Source: Eledone cirrhosa (lineage: Eukaryota). Taken from it: a stretch of DNA of 64,000 bases. How positions within the stretch are numbered: position 1 is the first letter of the stretch; every line of letters begins with the position of its first letter. The notes beneath the pieces were generated by a model. The model saw only the letters and a program-made list of their open reading frames with translations. It had not been told where the DNA came from and did not search any database. Location: positions 19,158,001 through 19,222,000 of the forward strand of contig OZ024756.1 in NCBI GenBank assembly GCA_964016885.1, in the 5' to 3' direction. Positions 1 through 17,321 of the stretch are shown here, piece by piece. The translations under genes and the position numbers were made by a program.

Positions 1-812
1 TATATGTGCATGTGTATATATATTTGTATATATATTTATATATAAATATATAAATATATGTGCGTGTAAGTATATATATATATCTATATATATATATACA
101 CATACCTATATATATACATATGTGTGAGTATGAATGATTTTTCTGTTATATGTGCATGTGTGTATATACATATATATGTGTGTGTATGTGTGAGTATGTA
201 CCAAAACAGGACAAAGTCGTAAGATAATGAATCTCCTTGTTCTTTCAAAGCATTTCAATGTGAAATTTATTTATGAACAACATAAAAAAGAAATATATAT
301 ATATATATATATAAAAAAAAATTACAATCTGATGTTGATGTGTCTGGTTTAAATTGCACAAAAGTTTAAATCATTGAATGGAAAATTTTCCCAAGAACAG
401 AGAGCTTAATAAAAAAATAAATAACCTAAAATATAATATCGGGTATATGTATGTGCGATCGTACATGTAGATGTGTAATGTGTATGTATGGATTAGTATT
501 AATAGGAAAATACAAAATACATAAGTGTTTATAAAAAACAAACCTTAGACATAGTATATGTATTTTTTAAGTTATTCCCTTGCAAACAATACAGAGTTGT
601 TTTTCATACTAGTTAGTCATGGAAGGATGGGTAGTGCCCCTGATCCATGTTTTTTTTTTTCTTTCTGAGGTGTGGGGTTTCAGGGCCTCCAGGACTGTTG
701 GGGGATAGGAGGTTTATCTCCAAACCAAAACCTTGGCTTGAATGCTTGCAACAGAGTCAAATCTGCTAAAAGTCACACAAGAACCATATGGTGGAGTTAA
801 ACTGGAAATAGA

Positions 813-1032
813 TTAACCCTTTAGCATTTACATAACTCTATATTTACTATTATATTTTCACGCTAAAGTCTTTCTTTATCTCACATAATATCGAATCTAT
901 GAGATTTTGATATTATTTATTTTGAGAGGAATACCTTAACATCACTATAAGTGGCCAGTTACAGCCAGTTTGAACAGAAAGAGGTGAGAGAATTCTGGTC
1001 AGATGTGGCCAGTTTAAATGCTAAAGGGTTAA
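813..1032. mobile_element. piggyBac-type MITE (~220 bp); other copies at 5331-5543, 5823-6050, 34002-34443, 39704-39932, 46706-47613, 48126-48340, 56862-57724, 63012-63237
   Basis: TTAA-CCCTTTAGCATTT ... AAATGCTAAAGGG-TTAA termini and a shared internal sequence. Confidence 0.88.
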
Positions 1033-2132
1033 GTCTATCACCAAAAAATTCAGAATGCAACAGAGCCAGAACAAATAAATCAAAATATTTTGTCAGACAC
1101 TCTTAACAATTCTGCATATCCAAGGCTCGAGACTGGTGCTTTAGTTTATCAACCCTGAAAGGATGAAAAGCAAAGTTAACCTCCGTGAGATTGGAATATG
1201 AAGTGCAGACAGGCAGAGGAAATAACACAAAGCATTTTATTTTATGCTTTAATAATTCTATCAATTTACACACACACACACACATATATATATACACAAA
1301 TATATATATATAAACATATATATATATATAAATATATGCACACACAAACACATATATATACTTGTATATATCCAAAATTAAATTAAGGGTGTCATGTCCG
1401 AGAGACATGCGCCATATCCACTGTGATTGTTTTATATGTTTATTTTAGATATATATGTCAATCAATTTCTAGTTGATATACTTGTATATATATGTCTAAC
1501 ACATTGATATATATACACACACACACACACACACAGATACACCATTAAAACAATAATTGCTGTGTCATTTAAAATGCTAAATCTTAATGGGAATAATTCC
1601 AGAACAAAGTAGGATCAGAACATTTTCTTTAAAAACTAATTCTTAATTATTTGACATATAGTTGTACTATTGTTACTGCTGCTGTTATTGTTGCTAATGT
1701 CGTCCCTGTGATAATATATAGTATAATATATATATATATACACACACACATATACACGTGTGTGTGTGTCTATATATGTGTGTGTGTACACACAAATACA
1801 CGTGTGTATGTGTGTGTGTTATGGAGATAAAAAGTGGTAAAGGGTGACCCTCCATTGCACCGTTAGAAGAGTAGCTTCTATTGTTGAAATAGTTCCGTGG
1901 TAATTGTTGGACTGAAGAGATGTATCAGTGGTAGAGATAGAGTGAGGGTGAAAGAGGGGAGAGAGGGAGAAAGAGGGTGAGTGAGAAAGAGAGAGAGATG
2001 TAGGTATTAAAGAGAGGTGCAGCCATATCAATTAGCATATACATCATTTAGATGAGTGTGTACATATGTAGACAGAAAAACAAATTGATTGGATGCTGAA
2101 AGAGACAAGAGCAGAGCATAGAAGATTCCGAT

Positions 2133-2165
<33 letters not shown>

Positions 2166-2762
2166 CACAATACACACAGATATATATATATATACCATGT
2201 ACACTCATGTAAAAGGTCAACCCTCTATTTTTGGCCAAAAGGATTTGATTTTTCCATGTATTTCATGTAAAAATTGAACCCAGTTCTTCACAGAATCAAC
2301 TTATTATCCTGAACATAAAAGTTATGAACTTCCATGCTTCCTGAAATTCGCTAACACTACACCTGATATTCCCCCTCCACACACAAGCATGCATGTATTT
2401 ATGTGTATACCATGACTCATACACTGTTCACTTTCCTGATATTTGTACATTGTACATTATTCTATATACTACACATGCACTTTTGATGAGTTGCAGTGCA
2501 CCTGAGCACTGTACACAATAATTTTCATTATTATTATTATAAAATTTATTGTCTATGTTATTACATCTGCTGTATACAACAAAACACACATCCTACTAAA
2601 TATTTCACTCAGAAATCATAAATAAGGCCACATCATTATTACAAATACTGATAGTTACACTTAACACAGTTCTGTATTATCTAGATAAACCATTGCTCCT
2701 AAATCAGTTCTTTTTTATTTGCCAATCATATTAACAGTCACTCCTAGCAATGCAGCCAGACA

Positions 2763-3034
2763 TTAACTTGTTGATTGCAGCATATATTTTATGCAGCTGC
2801 AGTTGCTGTGCTGGGTTTTTATTTCAGTAAAATGACTATTTTTTAAAACAAACATTTATTAACAATACATATCTGAATGATTGACAAATATCATATCAAT
2901 AAACTAGTAACCCCATCTAGCTTTGAAGTTATGAATTGTAGGAAACGAGTTCATAACTTTGAAGTGATGGACTGTTGGAAACAAGTTCAACCATATTAGG
3001 ACAAGTTATCTTATCTACAGCACTGAAGAGGTTA
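2763..3034. mobile_element. Second TTAA-flanked MITE family (another copy at ~4099-4367)
   Basis: Two similar ~270-bp copies bounded by ttaac...ttaa. Confidence 0.55.
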
Positions 3035-6000
3035 AGATTATTGTTATTTCTGCTTATGTACAAAGCGAAACCTACAGTCAGTAGGCACCTCTTAACCAAA
3101 TATACACTACTCTATCCTCCCACTCCCACCAACACCACCCTCTCTCTGTAAAGTTGGTACCACAACATCCAGTCCAAATAAATGAGAAAATGAAATCGAG
3201 ATCGTGTAGGTGTCACAACAAAAAACATAGTCCACATGGTAATGTGGCCGTGTAGGTAACGCGGTAAAAAGTTCCCAGTGTTAGGAAGGGCATCCGGCCG
3301 TAGAAAACCTGCCAGATAGTCCTAAATGAACGAGACCAACGTTGCTTCAAATTGGGACAAAACTCCCGTCTAACCCATGCTAGCGTGGAAGATGGACGTT
3401 AAACGATGATGATGACACTATCATTTTCTCATATAAAAGTAAATTGATATGTATTTATTGGTAGTTCATGATAATAACCATATCTCTGACTGTCCCATAT
3501 TATCTAGATAAACTATTGCTCCTAAATCTAATGGTGATGTGTTGCTTAAAAAATTTCAGTTGTTTTTGTTTGCCAGTCATTTTTAGAAAGCAGCCAGGTC
3601 TAAATTCATTAATATGCCAGTAAATTACACTATCATTTCTCATATAAAGATAAATTGATATGTATTTACCAGAAGTTCACGACGAATTGGCAGAGTCATC
3701 GGCTAGAATGCTTTATGATATTTGTTCCGGCTCTCTGCTCTTTGAGTTAAAATCCTGCTGAGGTCAACTTTGCCTTTCATCCTTTCGAGGTCAATAAAAA
3801 AAAGTGCCAGTCTAGTACTGGGGTCAATTCTTCCTCTCTCTGGAAAAAATCTGCTGTACTCAGACCTGGAGAAGGATGGGCTCCGCTAGGCTTAAAATGC
3901 TCAAGAAACACTGTATGTCAATACGGTGCCCCTACGACTATCAGGAGTTATGGGACCATACATACATACAATATAATTACCATACCTCTGAATGGGTACT
4001 TACGATAATTACAGTATATTTCACTAACTTAAAATCATAACATGTGTCTGCCTACATAAATATAGTTATGGATAGCAACACAGCTAGGTTGAAATGCATT
4101 AACCTGTTGACTGCCACATATATTTTACAATCTACAGTTGCTGTGCCAGTTTTTTTTCCAGTAAAATGATTATTTTTTTAAACAAACATTTATTAACAAC
4201 ACATATCTGAAGGATTGACAAACATTACTAGTAACTCCATCTAGCTTTGAAGTTATGAACTGTTGGAAAAGAGTTCAAACATGTTAGGACAAGTTATTTC
4301 ATCCATGGCACTGGGATACATAAATGTGAGGACGAGTTATCTCATCTGCGGCACTGAAATGCATTAATGATATATTATTACTATCAGTTTGCCAGTCATT
4401 CTTTTAATAAAATAGTGGATTTTTTTTTTTAATTAACACTTTGTTCATGTGTCATAGCATAACAAAATCTGGATTCCTTCATTTTCTTCATGAAGTGTTC
4501 GCTTAGCCATGCAGCTGTCAATCATTTATTTCTGCTACAGATATTAGTATGACTATGTCATAAATCTGATTATTTTGTATGAGAAACATACCAGTAGCTT
4601 AACCCTTTTCATATTAGAGGTGAAGTGGTGAAGTGACCCCCTTCAGCCATGGGATTTGCACCTAGAAAGTTCCCCTCCGAGGCATAAGTCTGGCAAGGTT
4701 GTTTTGTGGAAGACCAGCAGTCACCCATGCATACCAGTCTCCCCTCTTCACGCCACCGATATTGTCCAAGGGAAAGGCAATGGCACCAGTGACGTCCCAA
4801 CTCATTTCTACAGCTGAGTAAACTGGAGCAACATGAAAATTCACTTGAAACTGTCCCAGTTTTGTTTTTTATTCCAAACTACTAATTATAAAATGTCCGT
4901 ACTTATCTAAAACCCTTTTATCATAATTCCATGTAAGAACCTTTTATTAAGTAATGTTCCAAATACCAGCTTAATAATGAAGAAGTTAGTTATTTTACTA
5001 GATCCCTCCAAATTTCTGATTATTTTCAAAATTATTTGAAGACCATAAGTAGTGTCTTTTATTAGAAATATGGTAACAAAAGGGTTAAAATCTTAATTTA
5101 AGCATTCAAAAATAGTCAAGAGAGAAAAAAAAATGAAATGGAAGAATTTGGCACAATTTTTTTCTTTTTGTTTCATTTTAAAATAAGTCATGTCAGAACC
5201 TTCCTTGCAATTGAGATGGCGTAAGTTCTTGTATACCCTTTGTGGGATACAGTCACTAGTGTTGAAATTTCTTCACTATTTTATGCAAAACTGCCTTTCA
5301 GAAGAAGAAAAAATAAATCTACAACAGCATTTAACCCTTTAACATTTACATTAGTCTATATATACTATTGTATTTTCGAGGTAAAGGCTTTATCTCACAT
5401 AATATCGAATCTATGAGATTTTGATATTTATTTTGAGAACAATACCTTAACATCAGAATGAGTGACCAGTTATGGCCAGTTTGAACAGAAAGAGGAGAGA
5501 GAATTCTGGCCAAATACAGCCGTTTTAAATGCTAAAGGGTTAAACTAAAAGTTATTGAAGTTGCTGCGAAAAAATATCAAATAACTGCGTAACACAGCAA
5601 GAGAATTTTGTCTATTAGAGAAACTTGTGAGAGGCGGGAGAAAGATGAGCTTTAAATATTCAGTTAGCTACTTGGCTTAGTGAAGGAAATAAGCAAGAAG
5701 AAATATCTCTAAGAACCATGCAGCTTCATTTATGTTTTGTTAGTAGGAAGTGTGTTTTCATCACATGAGCCACTGCTTGCTATGAAGCATAGTAAACAGT
5801 AGCACATGCGACGATCATCAGTTTAACCTTTAATATTTACATTACTCTATATAGACTATTGTATTTTCATGGTAAAGGCTTTATCTAACATAATTATCTC
5901 ACATAATATCGAATCTATGAGATTTTGATATTATGTATTTTGAGAACAATACTATAACAAATGTATGAGTGGCTGGTTACAACCAGTTTGAAGAGAAAAA

Positions 6001-6828
6001 GGTGAAAGAACTCTGGCTGGATTTGGCCGGTTTAAATGCTAAAGGGTTAATTAGAAGACCGCGGTGTCATGAACACCAGTGGCTTTGCAGACGATCAACT
6101 ATTAATTCGACAATGGGTTGGCACAACTGCTCCAGTTAGCAGAGAAATCTATGAGTATGTAGGTGTAGTGAGCTCCATATATTCTAGCCATTAGAAAAAG
6201 CAAAATGAATGCTTCACCTTTGAAAAAAGAGGGATGACTCAAAAAGAAGAGTGTTCTGGTACATAAAAATAATGGGTATTATTACTAATTTCGTTTTTTA
6301 ACTCATCCAGAATGTATTTGGGCTTTTGCTTATTGATATGGTATTTTAGATAGTAGTGTAAGTTTCAGTCCACATAAATTTACTCTAAATAAGTAGTCTA
6401 AAAATGTGACCCTTACATGAGTTGATACAGTGTGTCTGAATGTATATAAGCAAGCAAGTACATTATATATATATATATATATATTTACACTTACCACATA
6501 CTAATATATACATAATATATGCACAACCCAGCCGCATATATATATATATATACAAATACATACATCTGCATACACACACACATATATATATATACATATA
6601 TATATACACACATACACATATATATATATATATACACACATACACATATATATATATACACACATACACACATATATATATATACACACATATATATATA
6701 TACACACATACACACATATATATATAATGTAGAGCTTCATAAATTTACAGAAAATGGGAAATAAAAAAATGAGTGAGACAGAGAGAGAGGTAGAAACAGA
6801 CAGGGAGAGAGAGAGGAAAAGAGAGGGG

Positions 6829-6861
<33 letters not shown>

Positions 6862-6896
6862 AACCAATTACATCGAACAAATTAAAGAAATTTAAC

Positions 6897-6927
<31 letters not shown>

Positions 6928-8177
6928 CTGCTAAACATTTGCTCAATCTTCAGGCATGAGTTTGGTGCGTTTAATTAGAGTTTTACAGGCATCAGTTCGT
7001 TTAGGCACAATATCCTCCCTGGTTTCAGAACAAATGCTTCGAACAAACAATAATCCCCCATAAAAAAAAAAAATAGGAAGAAAAAAAAATTTATTAGAAA
7101 ATATTAAAAATTAAATTTAAAATAAATCTATAATAAAGAAAAAAAAAAAAAAAAAAATCTTTGTACATTTTTCAGTATTTTTTAAAAATTTATTTAATTT
7201 TTCATTTTGCTGTTGTTGGTGGTGGTGGTGGTTGTTGTTTCTTTATATTTTTATTATTTTTATTTTTTTTCCTTGTTTTGAAGTAAGATTTTATATGTTT
7301 TGATGGTAAAATATATAAATGATGTGGAGCTAGGAAAGATAAATAATGAGAGGGATTTTCTTATATTCTTTTTTTTTTTTACTAGTTTCAGTCATTGAAC
7401 TGAGGCAATGCTGGAGCACTGCGTTTATGGGTTGTGTTGGGTTGTGTTGGGTTTCAGTCGATACAAAATCGAACACAGTACTCCTTGCAGTCAGGTATAT
7501 TTATTGGTCTATATATATATATATATATAGATAGATATACACATATATACATATATATATATATACATATACATATACATCTATACATATATATATATAC
7601 ATATATATGCGTGTATATATGTGAGTGTGTGTCAAATCACTAAAGTTTTGCTTTTTGAAATGATACCAGTTTTTATATACAAACACACATACATACATAC
7701 ATGTGTAGATATATATAATATATATATATATATACATATAAAATGTATATAATACATATATATATATATAATGTATATTATATATATATAATGTATATAA
7801 TATATATATATAATGTATATAATACATATATATATAATGTATATAATACATATATATATAATGTATATAATACATATATATATAAAATATATATAATACA
7901 TATATATATATAAAATGTATATAATACATATATATATATAAAATGTATATAATACATATATATATATAAAATGTATATAATACATATATATATAAAATGT
8001 ATATAATACATATATATATAAAATGTATATAATACATATATATATAAAATGTATATAATACATATATATATAAATGTATATAATATATATATATATAATG
8101 TATATAATATATATATAATGTATATAATACATATATATAATGTATATAATATATATATAATGTATATAATATATATA

Positions 8178-8217
<40 letters not shown>

Positions 8218-8478
8218 TAACATATATATAATGTATAAAATATATATAATGTATATAATATATATATAAAAAGTATATATACACATATATATATAATGTA
8301 TAAAATACATATATATACATACATATATATACATATAAATATATATAATATATTATATATATATACATATATAAATATATGTGGGAGTTGTTGACTTATA
8401 GGATTATAAATAACAGTAATTATTTACTGATGATGTGAATAGGACTCAATACTGGTTGCTGAATCAAATTAAAAAAAG

Positions 8479-8521
<43 letters not shown>

Positions 8522-8638
8522 ACATCTATACATACACACACACACACACACAAAATCAGTGTGATTCCATATTACAAATGAATGACTCTGTAAACAGATG
8601 TTATTTATATATTTTAATGTATTATATCATGTATTAAA

Positions 8639-8669
<31 letters not shown>

Positions 8670-8714
8670 GTATACATATATATATGTATATATATATATA
8701 TATGTATACATATA

Positions 8715-8791
<77 letters not shown>

Positions 8792-8826
8792 GTATGTATA
8801 TATATATGTATGTATATATATATATG

Positions 8827-8865
<39 letters not shown>

Positions 8866-8866
8866 G

Positions 8867-8897
<31 letters not shown>

Positions 8898-8964
8898 GTA
8901 TGTATATATATATGTATGTATATATATATATGTATATATATATATACATATATATATATGTATG

Positions 8965-8999
<35 letters not shown>

Positions 9000-9042
9000 G
9001 TATGTATATATATATGTATATATATACATATATATACATATA

Positions 9043-9085
<43 letters not shown>

Positions 9086-9156
9086 ATATATATATGTATG
9101 TATATATATATGTATGTATATATATATGTATGTATATATATATGTATATATATATG

Positions 9157-9193
<37 letters not shown>

Positions 9194-9246
9194 GTATGTA
9201 TATATATATGTATGTATATATATATGTATGTATATATATATGTATG

Positions 9247-9277
<31 letters not shown>

Positions 9278-9282
9278 GTATG

Positions 9283-9385
<103 letters not shown>

Positions 9386-9419
9386 GTATATGTATATATA
9401 TGCATATATATATATATGC

Positions 9420-9452
<33 letters not shown>

Positions 9453-9746
9453 AATGTATATGTATATATATATATAAATGTATATATATATATATAAATA
9501 TATATATAAATGTATATATGTATATATAAATGTATATATAAATGTATACATTTATATATATATATATACATATATATGTATGTATATATATATATGTATA
9601 TACATATATATGTATGTATATATACATATATATGTATGTATATATATGTATATATATATGTATGTATATGTATATATATGTATATATATATATATATGTA
9701 TGTATATGTATATATATGTATATATATATGTATGTATATATATATG

Positions 9747-9777
<31 letters not shown>

Positions 9778-9804
9778 GTATATGTATATGTATGTATATG
9801 TATA

Positions 9805-9854
<50 letters not shown>

Positions 9855-9858
9855 TATT

Positions 9859-9889
<31 letters not shown>

Positions 9890-9966
9890 GTATGTATATA
9901 TATATATGTATATATATATATGTATATATGTATATATATATATGTACATATATATATGTATATATG

Positions 9967-9999
<33 letters not shown>

Positions 10000-10044
10000 G
10001 TATATATATATATGTATATATGTATATATATATATGTACATATA

Positions 10045-10215
<171 letters not shown>

Positions 10216-10226
10216 GTATATATATA

Positions 10227-10275
<49 letters not shown>

Positions 10276-10289
10276 GTATATGTGTATAT

Positions 10290-10321
<32 letters not shown>

Positions 10322-10351
10322 GTGTATATATATATGTGTATATATATATAT

Positions 10352-10383
<32 letters not shown>

Positions 10384-10458
10384 GTGTGTATATATGTATA
10401 TGTGTGTATAAATATATATATATGTGTATATATATATATATATGTGTGTATATATATA

Positions 10459-10669
<211 letters not shown>

Positions 10670-10806
10670 AGGTATGTATATATATATATATATATGTATG
10701 TATATATATATGTATATATATATATGTATATATATATATATGTATATATATATATGTATATATATATATATAAATATGTATATATATATGTATGTATATA
10801 TATATG

Positions 10807-10837
<31 letters not shown>

Positions 10838-10896
10838 GTATATATATATATGTATATATATATATATAAATATGTATATATATATATATAAATATG

Positions 10897-10928
<32 letters not shown>

Positions 10929-10985
10929 AGTATGTATATATATATATAAATATGTATATATATATATATGAATATATATATATGA

Positions 10986-11016
<31 letters not shown>

Positions 11017-11056
11017 TGTGTATATATATATATATATGTGTATATATATATATATA

Positions 11057-11091
<35 letters not shown>

Positions 11092-11187
11092 GGATATGTG
11101 TGTATATATATATGGATATGTGTATATATATATATGTATATATATATATATGTATATATATATATGTATGTATATATATATATGTAT

Positions 11188-11223
<36 letters not shown>

Positions 11224-11488
11224 ATATATGTATATATGTGTATATATATATATATGTATATATATGTATGTATATATATATATATATGTATATATGTGTA
11301 TATATATATATGTATATATGTGTATATATATATATATATATATGTGTGTATATATATATATATGTATATATATGTATATATATATATGTATATATATGTA
11401 TATATATATATGTATATATACATATATATATATGTATATATGTGTATATATATATGTATATGTGTGTATATATATATGTATATATATG

Positions 11489-11520
<32 letters not shown>

Positions 11521-11706
11521 TATATGTATATATGTGTATATATATATTTATGTGTATACATATATATATATGTATATATACATATATATATATGTATATA
11601 TATATATTTATGTGTATATATATATATGTACATATGTATATATATATATATATGTATATATGTGTATATATATATATTTATGTGTATATATATATATGTA
11701 CATATG

Positions 11707-11771
<65 letters not shown>

Positions 11772-12086
11772 GTATATATATACGTATATATATACGTATA
11801 TATATATATGTATATATATATACGTATATATATATACGTATATATATATATATATGTATATGTATATGTATATATGTATATGTATAAATGTATATATATA
11901 TATGTATATATAAATATGTATATATGTACATACATATATACATAGTTATATATATATATATGTATATATATATGTATGTATAAATATGTATATATGTACA
12001 TATATATATATATAACTATGTATATATCTATGTATATATATATGTATGTATATATATATATATATGTACATAAATATATACATAGT

Positions 12087-12120
<34 letters not shown>

Positions 12121-12150
12121 TATATGTATGTACATAAATATATACATAGT

Positions 12151-12184
<34 letters not shown>

Positions 12185-12236
12185 TGTATGTATATATATA
12201 TATGTATGTATGTATATATATATATGTATGTATATG

Positions 12237-12416
<180 letters not shown>

Positions 12417-12427
12417 TATATACATAT

Positions 12428-12467
<40 letters not shown>

Positions 12468-12502
12468 GTATATATATATATATGTATGTATATATATATA
12501 TG

Positions 12503-12551
<49 letters not shown>

Positions 12552-12552
12552 G

Positions 12553-12583
<31 letters not shown>

Positions 12584-12690
12584 GTATATATATATGTATA
12601 TATATATGTATATATAGGTATATATATATGTATATATGTATATATAGGTATATATATATGTATATATGTATATATAGGTATATATATATG

Positions 12691-12753
<63 letters not shown>

Positions 12754-12766
12754 GTATATATATATG

Positions 12767-12803
<37 letters not shown>

Positions 12804-12828
12804 GTATATATATATATGTATATATATG

Positions 12829-12879
<51 letters not shown>

Positions 12880-12906
12880 GTATATATATATATGTATATA
12901 TATATG

Positions 12907-12953
<47 letters not shown>

Positions 12954-12996
12954 GTATATATATGTATATATATATATGTATATATATATATGTATA

Positions 12997-13041
<45 letters not shown>

Positions 13042-13073
13042 GTATATACATATATATATATGTATATACATAT

Positions 13074-13107
<34 letters not shown>

Positions 13108-13157
13108 AGTCCCACCCTTGCAAGCAGGGAAAAGCGGACGTAAAATGATGATGATGA

Positions 13158-13200
<43 letters not shown>

Positions 13201-13295
13201 ATATATATATGTGTATATATATATATGTGTATATACATATATATGTATATATACATATATATATATATGTATATATATATATATGTATATATATG

Positions 13296-13604
<309 letters not shown>

Positions 13605-13642
13605 GTATATATATATGTATATGTATATATATATATGTATAT

Positions 13643-13966
13643 ATAATATAAGATCAAAAGATGGTTAAAGGAGTTCCATGTATTTTATGATGCGCATTTC
13701 AAAAACAAACATCATCAAGCAATAATATTTGTGTTTTCATCAGATAAAACAGGAGAACATGATATGAAGGCTAAAAAACACTTGTGGATAGTGCAGTTAT
13801 GTTGATTTAAAACTGCACTATCCACAAGTGTTTTTTAGCCTTCATATCATGTTCTCCTGTTTTATCTGATGAAAACACAAATATTATTGCTTGATGATGT
13901 TTGTTTTTGAAATGCGCATAATAAAATACATGGAACTCCTTTAACCATCTTTTGATCTTATATTAT
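13643..13966. mobile_element. Foldback hammerhead element 1 (156-bp arms, 12-nt loop; unique tail to ~14052)
   Basis: 13643-13798 is the reverse complement of 13811-13966, with about one mismatch. Embedded in (TA)n. Confidence 0.9.
13858..13928 (+). ncRNA. Type I hammerhead ribozyme, Penelope-type (mirror copy on - at 13681-13751)
   Basis: ttttat-CTGATGA-stem II-GAAA-TGCGCA (palindromic stem III)-TA-ataaaa. The mirror copy has the triplet ATC. Confidence 0.82.
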
Positions 13967-14089
13967 GTATACTCCAGTCCTACAAACTGTAGAGTGCTTC
14001 TTATCCGATATCTGCATTGCTTTATTGTACTACAATAAAACTCACCTCCTACATATATGTATATATATATATATATATATATGTGTATG

Positions 14090-14144
<55 letters not shown>

Positions 14145-14214
14145 GTATATATATATCAGACCCGTCCCACCCTTGCAAGCAAGGAAAAGCGGACGTAAAA
14201 TGATGATGATGATA

Positions 14215-14298
<84 letters not shown>

Positions 14299-14304
14299 TA
14301 TATG

Positions 14305-14342
<38 letters not shown>

Positions 14343-15089
14343 AATATATATGTATATATATATATATAAATATATATGTATATATATATATATAAATATA
14401 TATGTATATATATATATATATAAATATATATGTGTATATATATATATATAAATATATATGTGTATATATATATATATAAATATATATGTGTATATATATA
14501 TATATAAATATATATGTATATATATATATATAAATATATATGTATATATATATATATAAATATATATGTATATATATATATATAAATATATATGTATATA
14601 TATATATATAAATATATATGTATATATATATATATAAATATATATGTATATATATATATATAAATATATATGTATATATATATATATAAATATATATGTA
14701 TATATATATATATATAAATATATATGTATATATATATATATAAATATATATGTATATATATAAATATATATGTATATATATATAAATATATATGTATATA
14801 TATATAAATATATATGTATATATATATAAATATATATGTATATATATATAAATATATATGTATATATATATAAATATATATGTAAATATATATGTATATA
14901 TATATATATATAAATATATATGTATATATATATATATATAAATATATATGTATATATATAAATATATATGTATATATATATATATATATAAATATATATA
15001 TATATAAATATATATAAATATATATATATATAAATATATATATATATAAATATATATATATATAAATATATTTATATATAAATATATTT

Positions 15090-15143
<54 letters not shown>

Positions 15144-15311
15144 ATTGTGTGTATGTGTTTGTGTGTTAGCTAAGAATGTGGTAGAAAATGTCCATGTGGT
15201 ATATAAAATGTGCAAATTAAAGGCAGGTGTCTTGAAGCCAGAGGATTTGAAAACAAAGTACAATTGGCCACACTGTTATCAAGAAATAAAACACAAAATA
15301 CCATCTTCATA

Positions 15312-17321
15312 ATGGCAATGGTTATGATGATGGTGGTGGTGGTGGTGGTGATGGTGGTGGTGGTGATAGTGATGATGGTAGTGTTGATGGTGGTGGTGGT
15401 GAGGATGGTAGTGTTGATGATAGTGTTGATTGTGAATATGATGGTGGTGGTGGTGGTAGTGTTGATTGTGACTATGATGGTGGTGGTGGTGATGATGGTA
15501 GTGTTGATGATAGTGTTGATTGTGAATATGATGGTGATGATGGTAGTGTTGCTGATAGTGTTGATTGTGAATATGATGGTGGTGGTGATGGTAGTGTTGA
15601 TTGTGAATGTGGTGGTGGTGGTGATGATGATGGTAGTGTTGATGATGGTAGTGTTGATTGTGAATATGATGGTGGTGGTGGTGCTGGTGATGATGGTAGT
15701 GTTGATAGTGATGGTGATGAATATGATGGTGGTGATGGTGGTGGTGGTGATGATGGTGGTGGTGATGGTAGTGTTGATGATAGTGATGATGGTGAATATG
15801 ATGGTGGTGGTGATGATGACGGTAGTGTTGATGATAGTGATGGTGATGAATATGATGGTGATGAATATGATGGTGGTGGTGGTGATGGTGGTGGTGATGG
15901 TGGTGGTGATGGTGGTGGTGATGGTAGTGTTGATGATAGTGATCATGGTGAATATGATGATGATGGTAGTGTTAGTGATGGTGATGAATATGATGGTGGT
16001 GGTGGTTTATGAATATGATGGTGGTGGTGGTGGTGATGATGGTAGTGTTGATAGTGATGATGAATATGATGGTGGTGGTGGTGATGATTGTGGTGGTGTT
16101 GATGATGGTAGTGGTGATGAATATGATGGTGGTGGTGTTGATGGTGATGGTGTTAATGATGGTGATGGTGTTAATGGTGGTGTTGATGGTAATGATGGTG
16201 GTGGTGTTGGTGGTAATGGTGGTGTTGATGGTAATGATGGTGGTGGTGTTGGTGGTAATGGTGGTGTTGATGGTAATGATGGTGGTGGTGTTGGTGGTAA
16301 TGGTGGTGTTGATGGTAATGATGGTGGTGGTGTTGGTGGTAATGGTGGTGTTGATGGTAATGATGGTGGTGGTGTTGGTGGTAATGGTGGTGTTGATGGT
16401 AATGATGGTGGTGGTGTTGGTGGTAATGGTGGTGTTGATGGTAATGATGGTGGTGGTGTTGGTGGTAATGGTGGTGTTGATGGTAATGATGGTGGTGGTG
16501 TTGGTGGTAATGGTGGTGTTGATGGTAATGATGGTGGTGGTGTTGGTGGTAATGGTGGTGTTGATGGTAATGATGGTGCTGGTGGTGATAGTAGTAGTGA
16601 TGGTGATGATGGTGGTGATTATGGTGGTGTTGTTGATGGTAATAGTGTTGATGGTAATGGTGATGATGATGTTGGTGATGACAGTGATGATGATGGTGAT
16701 GAGGATGTTGGTGATGACAGTGATGATGATGGTGATGAGGATGTTGGTGATGACAGTGATGATGATGGTGATGAGGATGTTGGTGATGACAGTAACAGCA
16801 ACAACAACAATGAGGACGATGATGTCAATGACAAAACGACAATGACGACGACGGTGGTGCTGGTGACGGTGTTGGTTACAACAATGATGGCGATGATGAT
16901 GATGATGAGGATGACATCCAGGATGATGTTGATGGTATTGGTGACAACAATGGCGACAACAACCATGACAACAACAATGCTGACGCTGATGGTGATGGTG
17001 AGGATGGTGATGATGATGATGATGATGGTGGCGATGACATCCACGATGATGATGATGGTGATGATGTTTATGATGGTGTTGGTGACAACAATGGCGACAA
17101 CAACCATGACAACAACAATGCTGACGCTGATGGTGATGGTGATGATGGTGATGATGATGGTGGTGATGATGATGGTGATGATAGTGATGGTGGCGATGAC
17201 ATCCACAATGATGATGATGGTGATGATGTTTATGATGGTGTTGGTGACAACAATGACAACAACAACCATGACAACAACAACAACAACAACAACAACGATG
17301 ATGATGATGATGATGATGATT
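15312..17321. repeat. GGT/GAT/ACA trinucleotide-based low-complexity array with 39-bp and 33-bp higher-order units
   Basis: Direct reading. Confidence 0.95.

Noticed and set aside
5750-5822. CTGATGA-long hairpin-GAAA on the minus strand
   Set aside because: No stem III or stem I pairing, and it is cut by a MITE. It is a hairpin only.
8420-8480. CTGATGA motif between TA tracts
   Set aside because: No GAAA half and no credible stems.
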